DNA from: Octopus sinensis
Lineage: Eukaryota
Reading direction: 5' to 3'
Length of the DNA stretch: 64,000 nt
Assembly: GCF_006345805.1 (NCBI RefSeq)
Contig: NC_042999.1
Location: 9,672,001 to 9,736,000 of the forward strand
In this document: positions 26,099 through 44,274 of the stretch, in pieces
How the letters are laid out: every line of letters starts with the position of its first letter
Numbering within the stretch: the stretch's first letter is position 1
Translations under genes and position numbers: made by a program
Notes under the pieces: model-generated
Database searches by the model: none
The model's input: only the letters and a program-made list of their open reading frames with translations
What the model was told of the DNA's origin: nothing

Positions 26099-26149
26099 GA
26101 CAGAGACACTGCAGTGTTTCAACCTTATTGTATGTCTCCTCAGTCAAAG
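26099..26149 (-). ncRNA. Hammerhead ribozyme copy 3 (core intact, stem I eroded)
   Basis: CTTTGA-CTGAGGA-GAC(ATACAATAAG)GTT-GAA-ACACTGCAGTGT-C-TCTGTC, with a perfect palindromic stem III. Confidence 0.8.
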
Positions 26150-26292
26150 CTACCCAGCCAGCAGACGACTCTAACAGGAACAGAAGCTCTTGCTTAGGGA
26201 AATCGACAAACAAATTATTTTCTGGTGCAAATCCAAGTAATAACATGTCTGCTCTTTCTCAATTCATTCCGGAAAATTCGAACAGGAATATC

Positions 26293-26628
26293 TGGTGGTG
26301 GTGGTGGCGGCGATGATGACGACGACGACGACGACGACGATGATGATGATGATGATGATGGTAATGGTGGTGATGATGGTGGTGGTGGTGGTAATAGTGA
26401 TGATGATGATGATGATGATGGTAATGATGATGATGATAATGATGATGGTGGTGGTGGTGGTGGTGGTAATGGTGATGATGATGATGATGATACTGACGAC
26501 GATGAGAAGAAGAAGAAGAACAACAACAACAACAACAAAGAGGAATAGGAGGAACAGGAGGAACAGGAAGAGGAAGAGGGAGAGGAACAGGAGGAGGAAC
26601 GGGGGAGGAACAGGAGAGGAAGAGGGAG
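26293..26628. repeat. Mosaic trinucleotide microsatellite (GGT/GAT/GAC/GAA/CAA/GAG)
   Basis: Directly visible. Similar mosaics at ~35455-36100 and ~45425-45670. Confidence 0.9.
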
Positions 26629-27541
26629 AAGAATGTTTGTTTAACGTGGCTAAATGTTTAAATTGGCAGCCGAGTGGTAGCTCTGACAGCGAAGTGGCAG
26701 TCTCCGTATAAACGGTCTTTCTGTAAGGCACCACCTTGTGAATGACATATCTTTTACATCACACTTCTCGACCATCAACAGAAGTGAGAGCAACAAGAAG
26801 AAGAAGAATATAATTGAATAAATATATATTAAAGCAAGTAAACAAACAAAAAACAAGGCCAGGAAGAAAACGGGTTCTGTGATAAAAACTTCTTCAGTGG
26901 AATTCATATTTTTTGAGACCCTCTTTTGTCATCAACTGCCGTCTGTGGTGATGGTCTCACCATGTTTTTTAAACTTTACAATTGCGTCACAGAGAAAGAC
27001 ATATGTGTGTGTGTCCTACGCCCCCGGTATTACTGTCACAAAGCACAGAATAAAGTCTTTCTTCGTCCAAGACTGGTGTTTATCATCTGCTTCGAGAAGA
27101 GGAAAAAAAATTGAAGAAATACAAAATACAAAAAAAAATAGAGCACACAGATATAAAAAAAAAACAGATGATAAAAAATTAAATAGATCAATAAATAAAT
27201 AAATATCGTTAGTGTTTTTACCAAGATGGCTGGCCTGCGAATCATAGATAACCACAAATATTTTTTGATGTTTTTACTGGTGTTAAAACCGTTCCTTAGG
27301 AAGATGCACGCCTGCTCGTCTTCAACAAGAGCCATCATTGTGAGTTTAAAATGGTCGAATGCAAGTCAGAGCCGTTTCTTATAACGGATGGGATGCGGGG
27401 TGGGATTGTGGGGTGCCGTGTAACGAGATGGCTTTTTTTTTTGCAAGTGTGTATACGAGGAAAAGACGATGAATGTGTGTGTGTGTGTGTTTATGGAGAA
27501 GATGCATGCATGTAGAAACTTATATTAGAAAGTGTGTAATC

Positions 27542-27587
<46 letters not shown>

Positions 27588-27604
27588 ATGTGTGTGTGTA
27601 TGTG

Positions 27605-27661
<57 letters not shown>

Positions 27662-27796
27662 GTGTGTGTGTGTGTGCATCAGTTGTAAAGATACGCTCTT
27701 ATATCTCTGTGAGCAGAATATGTATAAACTGAATATGTTTGTGTTATTGATAAGCGTATTGAGGAAAAACACACACAACAACAACAACACACATAG

Positions 27797-27829
<33 letters not shown>

Positions 27830-30344
27830 ACACACACATATATATATATATAAAGAGAAAGGAGGAAAAGGAAAAGATAGAGATGTACGTATCGTGCATG
27901 TGTTACATTTATACAGAAATCAAGAAATGAATGCTCATATATTCACACTCAAAATTTCAGTCACACACACACACAGAGGCACACACGCAAACACTTACCT
28001 AAACACACACACACATACATGCGCATGAGTATATAAAAGCTATGACAGTGGAGACGAAGTGAACGATACTGGACGCCTGAATCCATGGTCCCTAGTTCAA
28101 ACTCAGCTAAAGACATTCTACGGAGCTCCACAGGCAATACAAATACAGTCCACTTGGCTGGCAAACGGTTTCACGGTTGTGATACATATGTGTGGGGGGG
28201 GGGTGCAGAGCCGGATTAAGACCCCATAAGGGCCCTAAACACTTAAAAGATTTTGGTGGACCCCATATACATGTAATTCAAAATATAAACAATAAGAAGC
28301 CATGAAATAAATTTCTATTTTTCAGAATGAAACAAAGTTTACAGTTTGAGGGGAAATGTAGAGGCGCAATGGCCCAGTGGTTAGAGCAGCGGACACGCGG
28401 TCGTCGGATCGCGGTTTCGATTTATTGAGCGCGTTGTATTTATTGAGCGAAAACACCTAAAGCCCCACGAGGCTCCGGCAGTGGGTGGTGGCGAACCCTG
28501 CAGTACTCTTTCACGACAACTTTCTCTCACTCTTTCTTCCTGTTTCTGTTGTACCTGTATTTCAAAGGGGCCAGCCTTGTCACATTCTGTGTCATGCTGA
28601 ATCTCCCGAGAACTACGTTAAAGATACACGTGTCTGTGGAGTGTTCAGCCACTTGCACGTTAATTTCACGAGCAGGCTGTTCCGTTCATCGGATCAACTG
28701 GAACCCTCGTCGTCGCAACCGACGAAGTGCCAAAAAAAATATGAGCAGTAATGATGTTTATTTGCGTGTACTTCCACTTTCCTTAAATTTGAAAAGTTTC
28801 CTCCTACTTTTTTTTAATTGCAAAATCTTTGAACAGATCCTCAAAATTAATCTTACACATTTGCTTCTATACTTAAAAGAAATAAGACATCCTGAATATT
28901 ATTTTAGAAAGTTTAAAGTGATTTCCTTTGTGCCGTAAGCCATTTACCATTTCTGTGGTGCCTCCTCACTTCCATTGATGTCCGAAGCACATGATTGTTT
29001 TGCTTTGTGGTTAATCCGGTGCTGGGAATGTTTGTGTGTGTATGCATGCCGCTTCTATTTTTTAATTATTATAAATCTTACATTCAGGAGGGAGCCGGTT
29101 TCCAACAAAGATACAAAGCTACATCTTTGGGATGTAGTTAACACGGACAAATTTGCATTTGGAACTTGAGAAAATTCTTGCACACTTTTACTGTTCCACT
29201 CACAGATTACACTTGTAATGTACGAATTAGCAGTCGATTTCTCTTTCTGAAAGTCCCAGTTTATCCAGATTCTCCTTTAAGCATTTACTAAGAAAACCTA
29301 GGACTCCAATATTATTGGTATGAATACAAATTCATAATCTGGATATAGAAGGTAGAGGTTTCGAAGCAGTTGTCCATAGATATCCTCTTTTTCTTTGATT
29401 TTCAAAGAGATATATCTGCAGGGCAGCTGACCTTTATGATGGTACATACTTTTTCCCTTTTGTACATACATATAAACGTACATACATGCATACATACATA
29501 CGTACGTACCTATGTATGTATGTCTGTATGTATGTATAAATGTATGTATGTATGTATGCAAATGTGCGTGTGTGTGTGTGGTGGTGGTGGGTTATATGTT
29601 TGCATACATTCACTCTGTAAGCACAAAATGCTTTGCTGAAGTAAGGAGGGTCTGTCAACTAATAATATTCCTTTTTCCCCCTTTTGCTTTCAACAGCAAT
29701 TCCATTCCCAGATGCAATGTGATTTTTTTTCCTTTTTTTTTTGTTTTGTTTTTGTCTTATTTTTTTTCTTTGCTTTTAAGCATAACAGAGCTGATATTCT
29801 TCTGTGGGACAGGAAACAAAAGTCATGCACTTTTGTAGAGGTCACTGTTGTAGTGGATGTGAGAAAACAAATAAAACATTTATGGCGAATTAATGTAGAA
29901 CTTACATCTCTTGTACTCTATGAATTCTCGTTTGTACCTACCATCGGAAGTGCATTCGGTTATATACCAAAGAATTTACACAAAAACCAAGAAACACTCG
30001 GTTTGACGGGAAAAGAGCAAAAGAAACTGATGTGGATTCTCCAGATCCATTCTATTAATGGCACAATGAAGATTTGTAAGACATTGCAAAGATTCTCCAT
30101 CTGAGAATCTTTAAGGGAATAGATGCAGACACTTGAGTGTATGCATGGGTAGTTCAAGCAACGCACCAACTCAACCACATATTTACAAATACCGGGAAAT
30201 CTCTTAAGGGAAAAAGTCTGGTTGTTGCTTTGTTAGTTACCGACTTGAACTCTCTCAAAAGAACTTAACTTAGACTCAAAGAAAATACATATTTTTTGTA
30301 CGTGTGTATGTATGCCTCTTCTATTTTTATGTATGTATGCTTCA

Positions 30345-30855
30345 CACACATACACACATACATACATACACACATACATAATACATACATACATACATAC
30401 ATACATGCATGCATGCATACACACACATACATACATACATACATATATACATACATACATACGTACATACATACATACATACGTACACATACATACATAC
30501 ATACATACGTACGTACATACATACATACTACATACATACATACAAATACATACATACATACATACATACATACGTACGTACATACATACATACCACATAC
30601 ATACATACAACATACATACATACATACCACATACATACATACATTACATACATACATACTACATACATACATACATACATACATTACATACATACATACA
30701 TACATGCATGCATACATACATACATACATACATACATACATACACACACACATACATGCATACATACATACATACATACATACATACATACTACATACAT
30801 ACATACATGCATGCATGCATGCATGCATGCATGCATGCATACATACATACATACC

Positions 30856-30888
<33 letters not shown>

Positions 30889-30985
30889 CACACACACACA
30901 CACACATACATACATACATACATACATACATACATACATACATACATACATACATACATACATACATACATACATACATACATTA
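30345..30985. repeat. Long (TACA)n microsatellite
   Basis: Directly visible. Confidence 0.95.
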
Positions 30986-32469
30986 GCATACAACCATACA
31001 TGTGTAGATACATATATAGAAACATGACAGCTTTACGTTGTCTAAATTCCATTGTAAGAGTCTTGTCTCTGTATTGGAGAACTGTTCTGTTTTTTCTTTT
31101 CCTGTATTAATGAGAAAGCTTTCCAAATAAATCCAAGAGAATGGCTGTCATTATCTGAATCCAATAATTATTCGTTCCTCTTTAAATATATGCAAAACCT
31201 AACGACTGACAAAAAAAAAATTGAGTCGTTCATTTTCTAAAAGAATTGTTTACGAAAATCATAAAACCAATGAATGCTGCAAGTGAGGGAAGATTATATG
31301 GAGGTGATATGCACTTGCCGAACTGCAGAGCTTGGTTCATAAAAAGCCTAAAAAAAATATTGAATAGCGGACAAATATCTCCGCCAATACTTCACTTACA
31401 GAGTACTCTGTCAAAAATCGACGGCAACACTTACAGATGTCAATTCCGCCAAGAGAGAAAAACAGAGACCAGTAACATTATATGGAAAATGTTAGATAAG
31501 ACACCAGCATTTCGATGAGGGTCGAAGTTCTACGACCTCTGTCTTGCTGAGAAATTTTATCATTTGTCAGTTTACACCAACCCTAAACAAAACTAAATTT
31601 TTTTCTATTTGCTAATACATGGCTGAAACATTCTGTATCCGGAGTCTCAAGAAAGAACTTATTGATGCATAGAAAATGTTTGGTGACGTCAGCAATCATG
31701 TGATCATTTGAAAAGTCGGTGATCGGAATTTACGCTCTAGCAGCCATTTTATTCTCAATCCGATGTTGAGAACGATCGACCTAAGTATGGGGTTTCGACG
31801 AAACTGTGGTTTGAAGGATGTGTTTCCTGTTACATTGCACATAAACACATACACACATAGACAGACAGAGAGGCAGACAGACGGACAAATAGACAGAAAA
31901 TAGAGAGACAGACAGACATACACACACATACAGAGAGAGAGAGAGGGGCAGACAGACAGACAGACAAATAGACAGACAGATGTACAAACACACACAGACA
32001 CATACACACAGACACACATAGGCAGACAGAGAGGCAGACAGACAGACAGACAGATAGGTAGATAAATAGACATAAGTATATAAGAAAAATAATTCGAGAG
32101 TTTAAAATGCGCTAAATTTGTGTGTACGTGTGTGTATGTGTGTGTGTACGTGTGTGTGTGTGTGGTGTGTGTGTGTGTATGTGTGTGTGTATGCGCGCGT
32201 GGCCTATTGTTTAGAATGTTCCGTTCGTAATCACAAGATCGTGGTTTCGATTTCCAGACCGGCGATGCGCTGTGTTCTTCGGGAGAACGCTCCATTTTCA
32301 CGTTGTTCCAGATCTCTCAGCTGTAAATGGTCGACCCTGCCAACAGACTCGCCTCCCGTTCAGGAGGAGTGTTGGCCTGACCGCCAAGCCAGCAGCATGG
32401 CATCAGTCGAAAGCTACGACAATGTGAAGAAACGCATTGTGACCAGCGATGTATAACAACATCAAATAA

Positions 32470-33690
32470 TCTAGTCAACTTCTCGCGTGTTTCGAAGGCT
32501 TTTGGTGTGACCATCAGCATCAAGAAAACTGGGCTTGTCCATCAACCCATCCGTGGCCATCCCGCCGCTATTGCCTCTATCTGTATATGTTGATGAGAAA
32601 GCATTAAAAACTGTTTCCGTCTTCACTTATCTTGGTTCCATTGTTTCCAATGATGCTAAGATGGATATAGAAATTGAGTTCAGAACCGGGAAGGATAGCT
32701 CTGCTTTTGGTAAGCTTTATCACAGGCTTTGGAACAGCCACGACCTATCGCTAAATGTGAACTTCGATGTGTATAAGTCGGGGCTTTTGACAACATTGCT
32801 CTATGGTGCTCAATCCTGGACTTTGTACCGAAAGCACATCAATCAGTTTATGCTTTTCATACACGATGCTTGCGTACATATGTTTCTTTTCTACCCACAA
32901 GGGGCTAAACACAGAGAGGACAAGCAAGGACAGACAGACGGATTAAGTAGATTATATCGACCCCGGTGCGTAACTGGTACTTAATTTATCGACCCCGAAA
33001 GGATGAAAGGCAAAGTCGACTCAGTGGAATTTGAACTCAGAACGTAAAGACACGAAATACCTATTTCTTTACTACCCACGAGGGGCTAAACACAGAGAGA
33101 ACAAACAAGGACAGACAAACGGATTAAGTCGATTATATCGACCCCGGTGCATAACTGGTACTTAATTTATCGACCCCGAAAGGATGAAAGGCAAAGTCGA
33201 CCTCGGCGGAATCTGAACTCAGAACGTAACGGCAGACGAAATACGGCTACACATTCCGCCCGGCGCGCTAACGTTTCTGCCAGCTCACCGCCTTGATGCT
33301 TGCGTACATATCTCCAACATAAAACCGAGTGACCATAACAGTGAGGGACTAACAAAATGCAACACATCAAGCATTGAATCTATCCTCATCAAAATCCAGC
33401 TCAGATGGTCAGGCCATCTCTCACATATGAGTGATATCAGAATTCTGAAGCCAATTTGCACTTTGGCAAATTCCCAACAGGAAAAGATCAATTGGAAGGC
33501 CAGTCTTGCGCTTCAAAGGCAGACTAAAAGACGATCTGAAGCGATGCAACATCCCTTTTTCTTCCTGGGAAAAGAAAGCATCAGAATGCAGGACCTGGCG
33601 CCAATCCTGCTTCGCCTCAGTTCAAAATTTGAGCAAAGTCGACTCCAGCATCGGGGCAGAACGCTGCTCCTCTAAACGGAAACCTTAACT
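32470..33690 (+). mobile_element. RTE-clade (BovB-like) LINE fragment with nested SINE B
   Basis: FGVTISIKKT...FTYLGSIVSND...SAFGKLYHRLW...LLYGAQSWTLYRKH...QLRWSGHL...RFKGRLKDDLK. The SINE at 32882-33293 is flanked by a 17-bp TSD, GATGCTTGCGTACATAT. Confidence 0.85.
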
Positions 33691-34238
33691 GTTATTGTGG
33701 TTTTGTAGCATGGAGCAAATCCGTCCTTGCCGTCCACTCAAGAAAACACATAGCAAATGATCCACAAGCACTCAAGCAAACTGAGTCCTCAACTTGTTCC
33801 ATTTGCTAAAAGACACAGCAGGCCTCAAGAGAAACCATCTGGTGAGAGATATATTTATAGGTCACAATACACGTATTAAAGCACTACTAATAGTTTCATA
33901 TGTGGAGGCACATGGCCTAGAGGTTAGAGCAGCGGACTCGCGGTTCGAATCTAAGACCGGGCAATGTGTGTGTTTATGAGCGAAACACCTAAGCTCCACG
34001 CGGCTCCGGCAGGAGGTAAAGGCGAACCTCTGCTGGCTCTTTCGCCAGAACTTTCTCTCACTCTTTCCTCCTGCATCTTGCAGCTCACCTGCGACGGACT
34101 GGCGTCCCGTCCAAGTGGGGAACCAATACGCCAAGGAAACCTGGAAACTGGCCCTTATGAGCCAAGCCTGGCTTAAGAAGGAACAAACAATAGTTTCATA
34201 TATTGAGGAAACTCAAACATATTCTTCAGACGCAAACC

Positions 34239-34648
34239 ACAGGAGTGGCTGTGTGGTAAGTAGCTTGTTTACCAACCACATGGTTCCGGGTTCAGTCCCA
34301 CTGCGTGGCACCTTGGGCAAGTGTCTTCTACTATAGCCACGGGCCGACCAAAGCCTTGTGAGTGGATTTGGTAGACGGAAACTGAAAGAAGCCTGTCGTA
34401 TATATGTATATATATATGTGTGTGTGTGTGTGTGTTTGTGTGACTGTGTTTGTCCCCCTAGCATTGCTTGACAACCGATGCTGGTGTGTTTATGTCCCCG
34501 TCACTTAGCGGTTCGGCAAAAGAGACCGATAGAATAAGTACTGGGCTTACAAAAGAATAAGACCCGGGGTCGAGTTGCTCGATTAAAGGCGGTGCTCCAG
34601 CATGGCCGCAGTCAAATGACTGAAACAAGTAAAAGAGTAAAAGAGAGT
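34239..34648 (+). mobile_element. tRNA-like SINE family A, full-length
   Basis: Head CAGGAGTGGCTGTGTGGTAAG, internal microsatellite, tail AAGTAAAAGAG. Other copies at 40575-40988(-), 42160-42568(-), 51010-51360(-), 51446-51830(+) and 60132-60340(-). Confidence 0.85.
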
Positions 34649-35033
34649 ATCATAACGAGCTAAAAAAAAACAATTGAATAATAGAAGAAATGGAGGCGCA
34701 ATGGCCTAGTGGTTAGGGCAGCGGACTTGCAGTCGGAGGATCGCGGTTTCGATTCCCAGACCGGGCGTTGTGTGTGTTTATTGAGCGAAAACACCTAAAA
34801 GCTCCACGAGGCTCCGGCAGGAGGTGGTGATCCCTGCTGTACTCTTTCACCACTCTAAAAGGCGGTGCTCCAGCATGGCCGCAGTCAAATGACTGAAACA
34901 AGTACAAAAAAAAAAAATGCAGAAAAACTAAGAAGGTAGCATATAGAAAACGCACACAGTAAAGAACGGAAAACGAAAAACGGAAACTAAAATGTAAAAA
35001 ATAAAAAGCAAAAAGCTAAAAGAGTTATCCTCC

Positions 35034-35425
35034 TTAGACGTTAAATGATAAGGCTGGAAAGATATGGAGTCCGTCAGGAACAGATGGAATTTTCCAGTTC
35101 TTCAAAATATATTTATACATATGCATGCAACTAGTGAAAATTTCTGACCTGGAGTTCAATAGAGGGATCTTAGATCTGAACAGGATCTGCACTCTTTCAG
35201 CCAAACAAAGTCTACATTTATTCGATCCATTCCCATAAGGTATGGATTTCTCAATTACTTTCCATTTAATCCCATGCGGTGTTTCGTTATCTTTCAAAGT
35301 CCATACGTACGATAGCCAACTTAGTAGCTTTACTTTTGTCCCGATGTCGGAAGGAGGCTGTGTGATTGGCATAGCGATTTGTAAATTCTCCTTCACATAA
35401 TCCAATATAGGTCTTCTTATTGGTT
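35034..35425 (-). mobile_element. Penelope-like element GIY-YIG endonuclease fragment
   Basis: KKTYIGLCEGEFTNRYANHTASF...IKWKVIEKSIPY...CRLCLAER...LLNSRSEIFTSCMH, frameshifted. Confidence 0.85.
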
Positions 35426-36344
35426 GTATTATTATTTAGGATTGCAGTAACTTCTGCCGTGGTGGTGGCGGTCGTCGTCGTCATCGTCGTCGTAATACTG
35501 CTGCTGCGGTGCTATTTTGTCTTTGGTATTGATATTGGTGATGATGATGATGATGATAGTGCTAATATTTAAAGGCGGCGAGCTAGCAGACACGTTAGCA
35601 TGCCGGGTGAAATGCGTAGCCGTATTTCGTCTGCCGTTACGTTCTGAGTTCAAATTCCGCCGAGGTCGACTTTGCCTTTCATCCTTTAGGGGTCGATAAA
35701 TTAAGTACCAGTTACGCAGTGAGGTCGATGTAATCGACTTAATCCGTTTGTCTGTCCTTGTTTGCCCCCTCTATGTTTAGCCCCTTGTGGGTAGTAAAGA
35801 AAGAGGTGGTGGTGGTGGTGGTGGTCGTCGTCGTCGTCGTCGTCGTGATGGGGGTGGTAGTGCTCCTACTGCGGTGCTATTTTGTCTTTGGTAGTGATAT
35901 TGGTGATGATGATGATGATGATGGTAGTGCTAATGGATTGTAATGATACCGATGATGATGATGATAATGACGGTGTTGGTGGTGGTGGTGATATTGATGG
36001 TGATGGTGCTGGTGTTGGGGATAGTGACAGTGGCCCTTGTAGCGATGGTGGCGGCGGTGGATTTGATGACGTCACTGGCGGTGAAGCCGACGGCGCTGAC
36101 GACGGCGAATTGTTACGACGATTTAAACGACGATAAAATGCAGGAAATGAGATTTCTAATGTTTCCCCTAAATAAACAGATATAAACACGCACCAGGTTG
36201 AGTCCAACCGGTGCCACCACGTCTAGTGTAAAGAGATACAAGTAAATTGCATTTCAGTACATCGCAAAGTACTTTCGTAGGCTTTTCGTTTACGCTTCCC
36301 GCCGAGTGTGTCTCTGATGTCAGCAATTTCTGGGATGGGGCAAT

Positions 36345-36364
36345 GTGTGTGTCTGTGTGTGCAG

Positions 36365-36406
<42 letters not shown>

Positions 36407-37020
36407 ATGCGTGTGTGTGTGTTTTCAGATACGCGTGTGTGTGTGTGTGTGTATGTGCGTGCAGATGCGTGTGTGTGTGTGTGCAGATGTGTGTGTGTGT
36501 GTGTATGTGTGTGCAGATGTGTGTGTGTGTGTGTGTGTGTGTGCAGATGTGTGTGTGTGTGTGTGCGTGCAGATGCGTGTGTGTGTTGTGTGTGTGTGTG
36601 TGTGCGTGCAGATGCGTGTGTGTGTGTGTGTGCAGATGTATGTCTGTGTAGATGCGTGTGTGTGTGCGTGCAGATGCATGTGTGTGTGTGTGTGCGTGCA
36701 GATGCGTGTGTGTGTGTGCGCAGATGCGTGTGTGTGTGCAGATGCCTCTGTGTGTGTGTGTGTATGTGTGCAGATGCGTGTGTGTGTTGTGTGTGTGCAG
36801 ATGTGTTGTGTGTGTGCAGATGTGTGTGTGTGGCAGATGCGTGTGTGGTGTGTGCAGATGCGTGTGTGTGTGTGTGTGCAGAGTGTGTGTGTGTTTTCAG
36901 ATACGCGTGTGTGTGTGTGTTGTGCAGATGTGTGTGTGTGTGTATGTGTGTGTGCAGATGCGTGTGTGTGTGTGTGTGTGTTGTGTGTGCAGATGTGTGT
37001 GTGTGTGTGGTGTGTGCAGA

Positions 37021-37056
<36 letters not shown>

Positions 37057-37512
37057 CAGATGCGTGTGTGTGTGGTGTGTGCAGATGTATGTCTGTGTAG
37101 ATGCGTGTGTGTGTGCGTGCAGATGCATGTGTGTGTGTGTGTGTGCGTGCAGATGCGTGTGTGTGTGTGCGCAGATGCGTGTGTGTGTGCAGATGCCTCT
37201 GTGTGTGTGTGTGTGTATGTGTGCAGATGCGTGTGTGTGTGTGTGTGTGTGTGCAGATGTGTGTGTGTGTGTGTGTGTATGTGTGTGTGTGCAGATGCGT
37301 GTGTGTGTGGTGTGCAGATGTGTGTGTGTGTGTGTGCGTGCAGATGCGTGTGTGTGTGTGTGTGTGTGCAGATGTATGTCTGTGTAGATGCGTGTGTGTG
37401 TGCGTGCAGATGCGTGTGTGTGTGTGTGTGCGTGCAGATGCGTGTGTGTGTGTGTGCAGATGCCTCTGTGTGTGTGTGTGTGCAGATGTATGTCTGTGTA
37501 GATGTGTGTGTG
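36345..37512. repeat. Compound (GT)n-GCAGAT minisatellite
   Basis: GT runs punctuated repeatedly by GCAGAT(GC). Confidence 0.95.
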
Positions 37513-37563
37513 CTGAAGATACAACCACAACCACTGCGGAGGCAGTGGGGGGGGGAAGCATTC

Positions 37564-43514
<5,951 letters not shown>

Positions 43515-44274
43515 TGGTCAAGCATGACCTTCGAACGTTGGGCCTCACAGAGACTATGATGAAAGACCGGGACCTCTGGAGATATGCTGTGACAGCGAAG
43601 ACCCGACAAATGAAGTGAGTTCATAGCTTGCAGGTCGGCCTGCAGTGCTAACCTTGGATCGTAGGGCGACCTGCTGTGCTTGAGGAAACCTACTGAGTCA
43701 AGTACATTAACATCAAAATAAAAATCAAATGGATATTGTAATTGTGACCCCCGTGCTGGTAGCACGTAAAAAGCACCATCCAAACGTGGCCGATGCCAGT
43801 GCCACCTTGACTGGCATCCGTGCTGGTGACACGTAAAAAGCACCAACCGATCGTGACCGTTTGCCGGCCTCCTCTGGCCCCTGTGCCAGTGGCACGTAAA
43901 ATGTGCACCCACTACATTTTGTGTAGCTGGATCCCCTTCTTGTCGTCACTGCTGGCCCCTTTTCAAATACAGCAATATTACCCCAAAGCCGGACATGTTT
44001 TTCATGGAAGACTGCAAAAGAACCTCATCACCACATGATGGTGACGATGATTTACACATACACACATGATGGAGTCTATTCAGCTTCTATTTACCATGTC
44101 CACTTCCAAGGCTTTGATTAGCCTGGAGCTGAAACAGAAGACACCTGTCCCAGGTGTGCTACTCAGTGGGACTGAACCTGAAACCATGAGGCTGGGACAC
44201 AAACTTCCCAACCACACAGCTACCCTTCTCAATAGAATTCAAAATAAAAATTCTTTAAACTATCAGGTACAATG

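Larger units (their letters stand above)
25040..26293 (-). mobile_element. Tandem array of ~330-bp hammerhead-containing units (non-LTR retrozyme-like)
   Basis: Three divergent units plus partial flanks share blocks such as CACAGAACAGTG, CATGAATATCTG, ATTCACCAGTG and CAAATTATTT. Each unit has one hammerhead, with cleavage-site C at 25449, 25774 and 26105. Confidence 0.8.

Noticed and set aside
25724-26246. Short Cys-rich or signal-peptide-like ORFs in the ~330-bp repeats
   Set aside because: Frames are not preserved between units (indels, stops); conservation follows RNA structure instead.
26724-26746. miR-124-like sequence TAAGGCACCACCTTGTGAATGAC
   Set aside because: The seed and 3' part resemble miR-124, but the middle differs and neither flank forms a precursor hairpin.
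28362-28440. tRNA-like sequences (also at 5570, 13745, 34695, 58130 and 58458)
   Set aside because: They are SINE heads continuing into a shared body, with no complete cloverleaf or terminator.
36345-37512. CRISPR-like repeat/spacer pattern
   Set aside because: The spacers are simple GT runs in eukaryotic DNA and there are no cas genes.
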